From contig CM106585.1 of NCBI GenBank assembly GCA_048013815.1, positions 8,680,001 through 8,744,000 on the forward strand: a stretch of DNA of 64,000 nucleotides, read 5' to 3'. How positions within the stretch are numbered: the stretch's first letter is position 1; each line of letters begins with the position of its first letter. A model generated the notes under the pieces. The model worked only from the letters and a program-made list of their open reading frames with translations. It was not told where the DNA came from and did no database searches. The stretch is from Setoptus koraiensis. Taxonomy: Eukaryota; Animalia; Arthropoda. The position numbers and the translations under genes were made by a program. Positions 24,674 through 40,299 of this stretch are shown in pieces.

Positions 24674-24810
24674 TTTTCGAGCTTGAGTTGACTGTCCAAG
24701 ATAGAGCGCAATTTGGATTGAGGTGCGAATTACATCATCGCCGAAATTGGATGAGCTCTCATTTTGACAGAAATTCAATCTCAATTGCGCCCATCATGGA
24801 ACAAGCTGTT
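24674..24810 (+). pseudogene. Degenerate tandem duplicate of the 3' end of the HSPA12-like gene
   Basis: TTTTCGAGCTTGAGTTGACTGTCCAAGATAGAGCGCAATTTGGATTGAGG is about 90% identical to 23926-23975. Similarity continues with deletions toward the stop region. Confidence 0.7.
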
Positions 24811-27800
24811 TCAATGAATATGTTGCATCTCATGTTGCAGAGAATAAAAATACAATTATTACAACTGACTGTTGAAGTATTTGTTGTAAAAGCAAAGACA
24901 TCCATTCATAAATACGTTAGTTCCAGCATTAGTTTTTGTGCGTTTCTCTTTGTGCGTTTTTCGTGTTTGTTAGCCAAAGATGAGAATCTAGTTTGAAATA
25001 TTTTGGCAAATTGATTTGCTTGACAAGCTAACTACGTTTGTGTCCGGTATTTTGCCAAGCTTGTCAAGGTTATGTTTATCAGGAGAGTCGTTGAGTCGTG
25101 AAAAGTGACGCTTGAATGACAATAATCGAATTGTTTCTCTCTAAAATCTTCTTCACTTATCTCGTCCAAAAATCTCATCTTGCTAGTTAGTGAGGACGGC
25201 AATCATTGCACTCTAAACACTCTATAGGCACAAGAGAAATGGTGCGCCAGTCAGTCAGTCAGTTAGTCAGTCAGTCAGTCAGAGATAGAGAGAAGAGTCG
25301 CGAACGGGTTATATGTACCCGTCATAATCGCCTTCACTTCACTTCATTTCTTCTCATTTCGGTTCAGTTAAGTTCGGCTCGGTTTGCGTCAGTTTCAACA
25401 CTCCTGTCGCGTTATAAGCGGCCCGACTAACTCTATCTACGGCCCAATTAAGCACAGCAGCGATAAACTGGCAATAATATCCATCTATCCGTCTATCTGT
25501 TCCACTGTATCAGAATAGTTAAACTGTACAAGTAGACGAGAGACGAGATATCATCTCAATCTCAGCAGGTTCACTTTTGACAGCGGCTCCTAAAACAAAT
25601 GTAGTTGCCAGAGAGCGCATATTGAGTTTTAGTTTTTCTTTGTTGTTTTTCAACTATTTGATAACAGGATCAACTGTAGTGATAATAATAATAATTATTG
25701 CCAAGACAACAACGAGTTATTATTTGCGTTTGTTGCCAAACTATCATTGTACATGTAGGTTGTTGTTGTTATTATTATTATGCAACAGCATGCAATAACA
25801 ATTAGCTGTACATCTCTGTTTTGAGGGTGCTATTCTTCGGATACGGACTACAATACAAATAAACTCGACGATATCTGTCTGTCTTTGCTTGGCGTCTATG
25901 TCAGCATTGGTCTATTGCGTCTGTGATATTTTCGCTTCCTTCGCGTATCCCGCGTTATCCCGTCAAAAGAGCTCGCACTGTTTCGACGAGTGCCAGTCGA
26001 GACATGGCTGACATCAGCAGAGAGTACAACAACGACAAAACAAAAAGCGACAAAATAATAATATAAAAAAATAAAAAGTACACTCCACTCATGATGACTA
26101 TAGTGACTATCTACGTTACGTCATTGGCTCATTAATGCGTATCGCAACCCATTAGATGATCAACAGTATATACACTCGCAAGTGCCCTATGTGCCTAGTT
26201 GATTCGTTGGCGACCTATGCGCGCATTCTAGGCTTACATTTTCACCAACACGTTTCTTCTTGATATACTCTATCAAATTATAATATTCTCACATATTGCG
26301 TGCGGTGGTTTTATAGCAACTATGATATCACAACTGTGTATAGAAACACATGGATATTGTTGGATGAGATATCGTGATTAACTGCTATTTATAAATATAA
26401 ATACAAAATAAAATAAAATAAAATAAAGAAAAACTGCAGCTAGCCAAGTCAGTTGCTCGATGATACATGAGCGGACCGATAGGCGCGCATGTACGCGATA
26501 CTAACGACGAGCATTAGATTATATCTATTATGTAATAGATTATAGAATGAGAAATCACGATTATAGAATGTGTGCTCTCCTCGAGAAATGTTCTCCTCCC
26601 GTCTCGTGAGTTTTGCGCCGTGATATACATGTATCACAATAAATATGCCGAGCTATATCTGCCTCGAGCTCATGCAAAACATTTGCGCATATTGATAGCT
26701 ATACAGTTATGCACAATTTTACGCATTCGGGATAGACAACAAAACTGAATGGAGGCGCCCGGGATAATAACGAGACAGGCGCTGTCCTGTTTTAACTACT
26801 GTTTAAATTGTTGCTACTGCTGTTATGTAATAACTATATATAATAACCATATACAATAACCATGCTCGCCGCTCGTGATTCCGTTGGGCAACTCGCTCTC
26901 CATCTTTATTGTCATTGCACATTGTAAAATTTACACCGAATTTGCACACAGTTTTTTGTTTGCACTTCAGTTGCAGTTCGAGACGACTAAGACTTTTAAT
27001 TTGCCCCCAGACGCCGCACACAAACAATAGACGCCGAGCAGCCTCTCATAAAATATATACGTTTTTAAGCTTTTTGCTGGCTTGCCAGTGGCACACATAT
27101 ATAAACTAGCTGGGTTCGGCTGGACACGTTGCATCCAGTGGCATCACATAATAATAATAATAATAATACTAATAGCAAAACTCAATAAGTTGTGACATAA
27201 TAGTGAAGTTTGGCATCGCCGTCATCGCTATAAAAGTCTCAACTGAGGCCGCTAACTAGAACTAGAAAATTATAAACAAAAGCAAAAGTAGTCCGCAACT
27301 TGATTGACAACATACACGAAAACACATAATGAACATATTTCCATGTTTCAATCAATTTTACATGCCTACCATTAGCTGTGCTGCTACATGTTACAAATTG
27401 TACCTTTACATCTGCATATGAGCCCCAGATAACATTTTCAAGCGGATGAGAGCGCCTACGTTGCCCATGTCAACCTAATGATGTTGTGCGGCCTATCCGT
27501 TGATCATTAATTGACTTTTGTATTGTCTTGTCTTGTCACCAATGCAACCAATTTAACAAATCAACTCAGCAGCAGCAGCAGCAGCAGTTGCAGTACCAAT
27601 CCCTCAAATCTAGCCGAGCCAAGTCGGAAGTTCATCGATCACATCAGACACATGGGCGCCCAAAACAATATAGCACACACATAGGCCAGTATCAATTTCA
27701 TATCATGCGTGTTTCATCCCAGATCTGAGATGATAGTGTTAAATGCATGCCATGTGCGATGTTACGAGCTTTATATCATCATTAGTGTATTACATAATAT

Positions 27801-28397
27801 TGCATAACATAACAACATCACGGAGATAAGAAGAAATGTTGTTGTTCGAAAGTATCAAGTCGTGTCTTAATTGATCGTTTGTTTGATCTCATCGCCAGCC
27901 AGCCAGGGAGCCAGCCCACAGTGTTGTTGTTGTTAATATTTTTGTGTGGTTGTGTTTGCTGCATCGGCCCGTTCGAACTTCGAAGGCATAATTTACATAA
28001 TGTGCATTTGCATATACAGTGCGATCAGTAGCAGCAGTGCCCACATTAACAGCAGCAACAGCTTAACGATGTGGAATAAGTCACACTGACCTCATTTCTC
28101 AGTGACAGCTTGCTGCTGCAAGACTCAACATCTAGTGAAATAAGCAATCATCGTAGTGCAAAACATAGCGGATAATCATTGCATGATACACAAACACAAA
28201 CAATAATAGTATTAATAGTAATAAAAACAATAACAGTAAAAGTTATATTTCTATATTATATAAAGACGTCAAATAATAGCAGCAACAAGAGTTGACACCA
28301 TTCGTCGTTGTCGTTGTCGTTGTTGTTGCTGTTGTTGTTTGCAGCCAGCCAGTCAGACAGTTTCTTCGAGAGCCAACATTACACAATAACATTCATT

Positions 28398-31642
<3,245 letters not shown>

Positions 31643-31917
31643 TTTTGTCTTTTAATCAATTTCTTGTTGAAAACCAATCATCAGTTAGACAAATAAACTC
31701 ACTAAGACTCAAATAATGACATGTGGTCCTCATTTAAAACCCGACACCGACAAGTTTGTGTCACAAGGAAGAAAAATCGATTCGGTCATAGGTGTAATGG
31801 TACTGAAAAGACCCAAATCAATGCGACAAGTGCACGGGACTGGGTGCTTGGCATCGATGGCCCCTCTAATTAGCCTAATTATAACACTATTTATTTATTC
31901 ATTATTATTTTAAACAT

Positions 31918-34839
31918 TTATACGGCGATTGGTTGAATGCCACCATGAATGTATTTGATACAAACAGTTGAATTGTGCGACTCGCCTTTTAAGTAACGGC
32001 ATAAAAACGCTTTTCGGCATTCACTATCACACTCGGCGTATTGCTTGGGCCCAAACACGTCACTATAACTATTGTATAATCTGTACAGTTTGTAGAGATC
32101 GTCATCATTTCCGGGCTCTTTTTTCAAGTTTTGCCGTTGTTCCTCCTCTTCTGACACGCGGCTCATGAGACTTTTCAATGAATCTGAGACTCGCTCTTTA
32201 AAGAACATCTTCTTAGCCATGCTAGTGATCAATTTGTGCATACTCTCGGGCGTCGTATCGGGTATGTTGAATGTTTGCGCGAAGGATCCCGCGTGCACCC
32301 ATTGCAATCCGGTTAGATCCGTCAGATCGGAATTATCGTGCAGACTGCTCTTCTGTAGACTGTCGCCGTGGTGATGGTGGTGATGGTGACCGTGGCTGTG
32401 GTGACCACTGTGGTGATGGTCGCCGTGGTGGTGATCGCCGTGGTGATGTTCGCTGTGGTTGTGATGGTCACTATGGTGGTGGTGGTGGTGGTGGTGGTCG
32501 CTGTGATTGTGCTCGCCGTGGTGGTGGTGGTGATGGTGGTCGCTGTGATTGTGCTCGCCGTGGTGGTGGTGGTGATGGTGGTCGCTGTGATTGTGCTCGC
32601 CGTGGTGGTGGTGATGGTGGTGGTGGTGGTGATCACCGCGATCGAGATACTGATCGGCGAGGCGCTGTTCGGCGAGGCGCTGATCGACGAGGCGCAGATC
32701 GCTGTAGTTTAGGTGATCGGCGTGGTGGTGATGGTGATGGTGGCCGTCTCCGTGATCGTGATGATGCTCGCCGTGGTGGTGGTGGTGATGGTGGTGATCA
32801 CTGTGGTTGTGGTGGTCGCTGTGGTTGTGGTGGTCGCTGTGGTTGTGGTGGTGACCACTGTGGTGGTGGTCGCCGTGGTGGTGGTGGTGATGGTGATGGT
32901 GCTGGTCACTGTGCGGGCTGGTACTGTTGTCGTTCCTCTTGACACGCGGCGTTGAGGGCGCCGGAAGCTCGTTTGCCGCCGTCAGGTTCAAATAGTAGGT
33001 GTCGAAGTCTACGGGCATGAACGACAGCGTCGGATCTATCGTGTAAATGCGATAGCTGGGATTCAACCCGATAAATGTTGTCGACGACGGTCCGATGAAG
33101 CCGATGGAGATGGGCTCCACGGTGGCCAGCGAGGCCACCTCTAGCAGCTCTTCGTTAGTGGGCTCGCTGTGGGCCACTAGCGGCGCGTCGATGTAATTGG
33201 ACATGTCCTGTTGGGGCGCCATCACCAATTGGCTGACATTTGTCAGGGTTTGCTTGTCGTAAAATATCTCGAATTCGTTGTAGTGAGTGTGGCCGTAAAA
33301 TTGTGCTGTCACCGTGCTCTTGTATCGCCTTATGATGCGATTGAAATTTTTCGACCAAACCTTCATACAGTCGTCTGCTCCGGGCGGAATGTGACCAATG
33401 ATGTGCACCTTCTCTTTTAGCAATTCCGATATCTGTAACTCGTACACTAGCCACTGCAACTGATTGCCCGGATCAGTGGAATTGATGAACAGCCAGAAAT
33501 TTTTGTCGTGACAATAGTTTGTGTTCAGCGATATTATCTTCAAGCCTGGCCTGACAATGGCCGCATAATTGCCGTCCTTCAATATTGTCGACTCCGTTGA
33601 ACGAGGCAACCATTGGCGCCAAAATTTGTCAAATTGCCTGTACACCCATTTGGGCGACTCATCTTCATCGGCAATATTCCACAAGTTGCTAGGTGCGAAA
33701 CTGTCAACAGGTACCATTTCGTGATTGCCCAATGTGGGAAATATCTTCACGCCAGGCAGATGCTGGTGCACCAGATCGTAGACCGCGTCAAAGGTGCCCA
33801 AAGCGGTCGTGTTGCTCTGTTTCCAAACATCGTGCGGCTGTATGTCGCCAGTCCATATTATGTAATCAATGTCGTGATTCTTGCGCAGCGTGGCATTCAG
33901 GTTCATGAGGAGCTGCTCGAACGTTCTCACGGGTATATCACACTTTGAATAGGAGCCCCAGTAGCCCGCTTTGCCGTCTTTGTCGGCCGTTCTGTAGTCG
34001 ACGTTTCTGAATGTCGGTCCCGAATTGTCTAGTACCTGGTCGAGCCTGTTGAGAGTGTTGCTGGCCCGCGTAGAGCTAGCCTGGCAACATAGGGGCTCCT
34101 CGCAGTCGCTTATGGATCCCTCGAGATAGTTTAGATCGACATGAGTGTCGGATATGTGAATAACTTTGTATTTTGAGGCTTGCGACTTGCTATTGGCATC
34201 CAATTGATGCAGTTTCTCGTCGATGCCATACTCGTGCAGAATTTCCATGTCCAGATGCTCGCTTGCCTCCAGCGACACCGACCAATCGGCAAACGGGTCG
34301 TACATTTTTCCGCAGTGATTGTCCGACAACAAGCCACATATTTGATCTGGCGTAAACAGTGCGTACGCGAGCACCTTGCTCACTTCACCCGAAAACAGTT
34401 TTGCTATCGAGGAGCAAACGAGCTCAGATTCGTATTTGGCATTGGTGCATATGGTCCTGGCTATCTCCTCTATTTTTGTCCGTCCCCTGGTGGTCTGAAG
34501 GGCGTACTGAACTATGCTGGCCGAGAAGCGACACAACAGACAGTCTTTGGTGGAGAATTTTCTGTTGAAATTCAAATTCCTCAAAAATGACTCCTTCAGG
34601 CTGTCGAAGGCCACGTTGGTCGCGTTCACGCCAATCAAATTGGTCAGCATTCCTCTGGCCGTGTTCGAGCCGTTTCCGGTTGCGGCTTGCTGCTGCTCGC
34701 CATACTTGGCGATCTTTGTTCTGAAGGTGGTTGTTGCGAATACGTCGTTCGGGTCGCCGGTATCTTGTGACAGCGCCACTTGTATTACTAATAGGACTGA
34801 CAAAGTGCTGAATATAAGACAATTACGAATAGTAGCCAT
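31918..34839 (-). CDS. SMPD1: Acid sphingomyelinase (saposin-B plus metallophosphoesterase) with a His-rich insertion, intronless ORF
   Basis: Signal peptide; saposin Cys pattern (CLLC...IC...VC...QICG...C); HISDTHVD, WTGDIQPHD, LGNHE, IGHIPPG, FYGHTH; YNPSYRIY-like LNPSYRIY; C-terminal C...C...LC. Confidence 0.92.
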   Translation of the reverse strand: MATIRNCLIFSTLSVLLVIQVALSQDTGDPNDVFATTTFRTKIAKYGEQQQAATGNGSNTARGMLTNLIGVNATNVAFDSLKESFLRNLNFNRKFSTKDCLLCRFSASIVQYALQTTRGRTKIEEIARTICTNAKYESELVCSSIAKLFSGEVSKVLAYALFTPDQICGLLSDNHCGKMYDPFADWSVSLEASEHLDMEILHEYGIDEKLHQLDANSKSQASKYKVIHISDTHVDLNYLEGSISDCEEPLCCQASSTRASNTLNRLDQVLDNSGPTFRNVDYRTADKDGKAGYWGSYSKCDIPVRTFEQLLMNLNATLRKNHDIDYIIWTGDIQPHDVWKQSNTTALGTFDAVYDLVHQHLPGVKIFPTLGNHEMVPVDSFAPSNLWNIADEDESPKWVYRQFDKFWRQWLPRSTESTILKDGNYAAIVRPGLKIISLNTNYCHDKNFWLFINSTDPGNQLQWLVYELQISELLKEKVHIIGHIPPGADDCMKVWSKNFNRIIRRYKSTVTAQFYGHTHYNEFEIFYDKQTLTNVSQLVMAPQQDMSNYIDAPLVAHSEPTNEELLEVASLATVEPISIGFIGPSSTTFIGLNPSYRIYTIDPTLSFMPVDFDTYYLNLTAANELPAPSTPRVKRNDNSTSPHSDQHHHHHHHHHGDHHHSGHHHNHSDHHNHSDHHNHSDHHHHHHHHGEHHHDHGDGHHHHHHHADHLNYSDLRLVDQRLAEQRLADQYLDRGDHHHHHHHHHHGEHNHSDHHHHHHHGEHNHSDHHHHHHHGEHNHSDHHHHHHHHSDHHNHSEHHHGDHHHGDHHHSGHHSHGHHHHHHHGDSLQKSSLHDNSDLTDLTGLQWVHAGSFAQTFNIPDTTPESMHKLITSMAKKMFFKERVSDSLKSLMSRVSEEEEQRQNLKKEPGNDDDLYKLYRLYNSYSDVFGPKQYAECDSECRKAFLCRYLKGESHNSTVCIKYIHGGIQPIAV
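32368..32913 (-). repeat. In-frame His-rich repeat (about 182 codons, about 100 His) built from DHHHG and GEHNHSDH7 units
   Basis: CAC/CAT-rich tandem units counted in the translated ORF. Confidence 0.95.
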
Positions 34840-36027
34840 TAGTTGAGATTGTTGTGATGCCTAAAATGGGTTAGCGATGCCTGCTGATATGTTGATAGGA
34901 AGCGCTCATAGGTGATTAAAATGATCTGTGGACGTGCTGGTGTGCGTATACATAAATGATTACATAATCATGATGCTAATCATTAGCTTGTTTCTCGAGA
35001 ATTGGCTCAATGTTGATGCACGCGCATCATTTGTAAACTAATTGTGCTGCGTGCGCATCTGTGCGCCAATTTTGTGCCATGCCGCGCGTAATACCCACTC
35101 TTGTTTTTCAATGCCTTTAATTGGCGAGACCGTTGGCAAGACCGTTGGCCTCCTCTTGCATACTGGCAAGGCGCTATACTGGCTATCATATCATGATTAT
35201 CCATACGACGGCTTAGAAACACAGAGACATCCACAAACTGTCAATAAGTTATGGAGTGCCCATCGAGCGCCCGTTCTAAATTTGAATGCTGCTCGACGGC
35301 GATTGCCCGACACAACAATCGGGTATTTGTGTCGGGTACCCGTCTGCATAATCGCTCGCTGTGATGCAAATCGTAGAGAGTGCTCGCTTAATGCGAGCAA
35401 GCAAGACTGTGCCGATGTGAGCTATGGTGCCAATATACCCAATTTGTTGTTGTTGTTGTTGTTAAGGTTGCAACCACAAGCAACAAATTGTGCTGTTGTG
35501 GTTGCCACCAATTGGCCCATTGGAGACTATGTGGCAAGTAGGTGGTCTCGTTTGTTTGTTTTGTCTGACATGTTTACAAATAATGCCGATAGATGTGTTT
35601 GCATAGGCAAATGGATACACACGGTGCACAGTGTGTTATGGATTGTGATAGTATCATCATCGTATCATGTCATTTAATTTAATCACCCCATGGTCGTGTT
35701 AATTGGCTTATCGTGACTACTCGTTTACTATGCCATATTCGCACATCTCACGAGGCCTTTGCGTTCGTCAAACTGGCACAACAGCGCGTATTGTTATCGC
35801 TACTACTGACTGAATATATGAGAATATTGGTCTAGGCACAAACAAACTATCGATATATCTGTATATCGCACAATTATCAGCAATTATTCAGCACTCGCAA
35901 CTCGCGAGTTATTGTGAGATATTGTTGTTTTGAGAGTGATGAAATTGGCGCACATTCGCCAATCGATGTATTTGTTGTGTGTATCGACTTGGATTGTCAG
36001 CAAATACTTGGCGACTTGGCAAGCCCG

Positions 36028-36072
36028 CCGACTATCCACGACCCGACTATCCACGACCCGACTATCCACAAT
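36028..36072. repeat. 15-bp tandem repeat x3 (CCGACTATCCACGAC)
   Basis: Units at 36028, 36043 and 36058. Confidence 0.9.
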
Positions 36073-39000
36073 ACGCACCTAAAGTGGCAATGGTGAACCA
36101 GAGATGGCGCTCCCTCCGCTGTCGTCTTGACGATGGTGTCGCAGTTGCCCTGACACTAGCACCGACACTGGAGGCGACACTGGAACTGACACTGGAGTCG
36201 TGAACTATATCGTTGTGTATATTGAATGTGTTGAAGTATATTGTTGTGTTTAGTCGCTGTAATTTAGTTGTTTGGGTCGTTGGGCTGGCTGTCGTTCAAC
36301 ATGACACTGGGCTAATAAATTACAATTGATAGGTCACCCATTTATGCATGTGATGTGTCTGTTGTCGTTGTCGTTGTCGTTGCTAGGAGCATCGGCGCTC
36401 GTGAACGCACAATCTCGACACTAAATCTAAACGATGGTGCCGATGATACTGGTTGGCTAGGCAACAACGACACCAATGACAACAACAACAACAAAGACAA
36501 TAACGACAACGACAACAACAACAAGCTGTCCGGCAGCCGCTGTGGCAAAGAAACAACAGATATGCATTCCGTATAGTCCGTCGGAACACACGACATGGCG
36601 ACATGGACACACGGAGTCAGCGATTCCGATCTTGCCACACAAATCTAATCGCACACATGATCACGTTGATCCCCTCCGTTGAGAGTCCACGACAGGTCAT
36701 CAGCATCTCGTCTTGCCTGCTTTACACACACACACACACACACTGTATTATCGCGTATCATCATTAGGGTCGGTATCTCCATAATCGTCAGCACGAACAT
36801 GATCGCCAGTATCATCATTATGGCGCTTATCGCGCACACAAACTAATGCAATTAGAGTTGATTGATAGTTTTGCTGTTCGTTAATCGACCGCAGTTCGAT
36901 TTGCACAAATCGAACCGAGTGTCAGCAAGCCAAATTCGGCGACATCGGGCCCAATTCGGCCCGAATGCAAACGTCACGGCCCCGCCGAGAGCATGCCGAT
37001 TGTCGCGGCGCCGGATTGTGCCAATTGTCAAGGTCGCGCTCTGGTCACGGCCAAGCGGCGCTCGCTCGGCCACCATTGCGACAAACACACATTAGCATGG
37101 GCCCGAGCTGGTGCACATATCCCATACCCGTAAAGTATATGCCACGAATAGTATACACGGCGTATACAGTGTACGTAGTATGTGCCGTGTGTAGAGTGTA
37201 TAAAATGTGTCCTCCCCGGGGCCCCTCTGGCCGGTTGGCCGAGGCGAAACAACAGACAGCGCACTCCAACCAAATTGACTCAACTTGAACCTTTTTTTCG
37301 TGCCAGCTCGGGGGGCCCAAACAGTTAAGTGTGTGTCCTTCAGCGAGAATTGTTGATAGATACACACGAACGCTAATGTAGTCTAATGTGATCAATCTAT
37401 TACGAATCGAGTCGATTCGAATGTGGGCACACACACACACACATTCTAACAACTGTCAGGCGGGCAAACAACGCAACCACTATCGTGCGCAAATAGATTT
37501 AACAAACAATAATATCAACCAAAATAAAGTAAAGGGTGCTTGGGGGCGCGCGCTAGGGTGGGGGCCGGTGAAAATCCTGGCGCTGCCAGCACAATGGCGA
37601 ACTCGTGGACAAACAAATAAAGTGAGCCGCTAACGCCGCCAACGCCGCCAGACGGCAACTACACCGCCAGCTACCTGAGTGCCTGGCCGACACCACAAAG
37701 GGGCTTGTGCCAATTTGTTCGCCCTTGGAACGTGCAGATCGCCCAGGATAAGGCACTGTTCGCACACTGTTATGTAACGGCCAGCCAGTGACGGCAACAA
37801 AAGATGACACGACACGAATTTGTGTCAGTCAAGGTTGCCAAATTGTCGTTTGCCCAGTCTAGAGATTGTAGCCGCTCTACAATGTAGAGAAACACTCGCG
37901 GCTGTTTATGTGTGTGTGTGTACCCGCGTATCCGTGTATCTGCCTAGATTGAGTCTGTGATCGGTGGGCCTCCTCGCTAGCCGCTCACAATCAGTCAGCC
38001 CAGGTCGCGCGAGCTGGCTGACTGGGGCTGGCTGTGGGCTGGCTGCAAGAGGCCCGCCGATACAGTGATGTAGCGATAGGGCCGATGTTGTGATAGAGCT
38101 GATGCAGTGACAGAGCCCAGAGTATGGCGACTTGATCATTATCTGCGCTGATACAGTTATTAAATGTTGTTGTCGTGGCTGCGGGGGCGACATTCTCGTT
38201 CGCACGCCCGCCACAAGCCCCACAAGCTGTGCAAGCTCGGCCCACAAGTTAGTCATAACGTCATAATGCTGTCATGTTGCTGGGGCTTGAGTCGCCCCAG
38301 AAACCGTTACAGTGACCATAATGATACTGCCATTGGACTGTCTGGTACTTCGCAGCGTCCGCCGGCGAGCTGACCTCGGGCCAGCTCGCCGGCACAGCAG
38401 CTCGCCAACAACTGGCCAACAGCTCGCCGGCAGCTCGCAAGCTGGCAAGTGTAAGCCAAGTGTGAGCATATGTGGAGCAACAACAAACACTCGTACATTC
38501 ATCACACATTGTCATTGTGTTGCAACATTGCAAAGCTGTTGAAGGTCATTGCTGCCGGGGCATTTGTCTAACATTTGTTGTTGTGTGGTGCGTCTCGGCA
38601 GCATCTCGCAACCAATGTCAGCCAATGGATAATCGAGTCACATGCGCACCGCAAGCGAGCCTGTCGGAATAGGTAAACAGCAGACTGCCGACTCGTAATC
38701 GCATCGTGCTCCCATTATGTCACACAGAAGCATAATTCTTGTTGTTTAAGTGAAGTGTGATAATTCTCTCAATGAGCTAACAGCTACTCATTAGCTGAGT
38801 GGATTGAGTTGCTTGCGTAGAGAAATAAATGGTTAATTGATACGCCAATAAACGCGATGTGCCGGTAACGCAGCCAACCGCACAAGCTCGCCCGTGACGA
38901 AATATTCATACTGTAACAATCATTCCCTAACAACGCCAAGAATGATGATTGTTGACAATGATAGCGACGTTGGCAATTCTGCTTGAGTTGCCTCTTCTGC

Positions 39001-39222
39001 CTACCGCTTAGCTATCGTCGTGTCGTTTTGTAATGCGCCGTTCGCATGACTTTCAGTCGGGCCAGCCAAGCGGATGACAGAGCTAGCGAAAGCCAGCGAA
39101 CGCTAGCGAAGAAAGAATCGATGACGACACACAAGTTATGCCCAGAAAGTAGCAGTTGGCAGAAGGAGCTAGCGACTTCTTCGAAGAAAGGGCCCACAAG
39201 CTCGCCAAGCTGTGCAACGGCC

Positions 39223-39332
39223 AACATGCACACGCAATAGCGAACATGCATACGTAATAGCGAACATGCTCACGCAATAGCGAACATGTACATGAAATAG
39301 CGAACATGTACATGCAATACGCGGAACATGCA
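39223..39332. repeat. 20-bp tandem repeat x5-6 (AACATGCACACGCAATAGCG consensus)
   Basis: Units at 39223, 39243, 39263, 39283, 39303 and a partial unit at 39325. Confidence 0.9.
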
Positions 39333-39520
39333 CGCACACAATATTGCACAATATTGAGCGGGGCCCCTGCCATGGCCATCGCTCGCGAGTGCACAGCATG
39401 TGCTTGTGACTGGCGCGCGGCACATAAACACACACACGCACGCACGCAGCGTGGGCTGTGGCCATTAATGGCGAGCATGCTCGAGCGCCCCTATGCGCTA
39501 GTGGGTGTTAGCGGTGCTTC

Positions 39521-40299
39521 GTTGTGACTCACAACTTGTGAGCCAGCAAACGACTGTGTGTCGCTGGTGCGCATACACCAACGGTATAATTAGCTTGCCC
39601 AAGTGAGTGGTGGTCGGGGGCACTGGAGGGGCGCCACTGGCGCCGCCGCCACAGCAACGGAACATCGTCGAGATTCGTCCTATATCAGCCATTGTGTGTC
39701 TATTCGCGATTTGTGTTACTCGCTGCCGGAGAGCCTCTCGCTGCGAGTGACTCGCCGCGAGTGTGTTTGTGCGCATAGAGCACGTTGGTTGGCTGGTTCT
39801 GTGTGTTCTGTGTGCTATGTATGCTATGTGTGCTATGTGTGTTCGGTGTGGTGAGTCCAGAGTCGAGACTTTGCGCGGCCCGCTCGAGCGGTACCCGCGC
39901 TCTAGCCGCCACAGTCACACTGCAACAGTCTCCCCAATGTGCGGTGCGGTGCGGTCCGTATCTCGGCGCTGTGCGCTGCACACGCATTGTGGATGCTCGC
40001 TGACTCAACACAATAACGACCGGACTCAAAAGCGATGCCCATTCTTGTCAGCGGCGCCGAGTCGAAAGTGCACAGTGCCGCCCCCACACGTATTAACGTA
40101 TTAACGTACTAACGTGTATTACGTTGCTGGAATGGCGAGCGAGCGAGTTGTCGTTGCAACTATTTACGTACGCACTGCGCTATATTATAGCGGCTATAGT
40201 GACTATACTGACTGTGTGGCGATGGCGTGTGTGCGCGCGCAAATAAGTTTTCTATGGCCGGCGCAGTCACTCTGTGGCTCACAAGTTGTGAGTCACAAC
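39521..40299. repeat. Perfect 25-bp inverted repeat pair (39521-39545 and 40275-40299), each internally palindromic and containing TGACTCA
   Basis: GTTGTGACTCACAACTTGTGAGCCA and its exact reverse complement TGGCTCACAAGTTGTGAGTCACAAC; no target-site duplication seen. Confidence 0.85.

Noticed and set aside
25000-28300. Search for C1/C2 exons of the PKC-like kinase
   Set aside because: No HxFx..CxxC pattern was found by eye in any listed frame; recorded as not seen rather than proven absent.
32271-32955. Plus-strand Gly/Arg/Asp- and Val-rich ORFs and minus-strand Thr-rich ORFs
   Set aside because: They are shadow frames of the CAC/CAT repeat inside the sphingomyelinase ORF; triplet repeats stay open in several frames.
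39223-39332. Possible CRISPR-like array
   Set aside because: The units are contiguous with no unique spacers, the context is eukaryotic and there are no cas genes.
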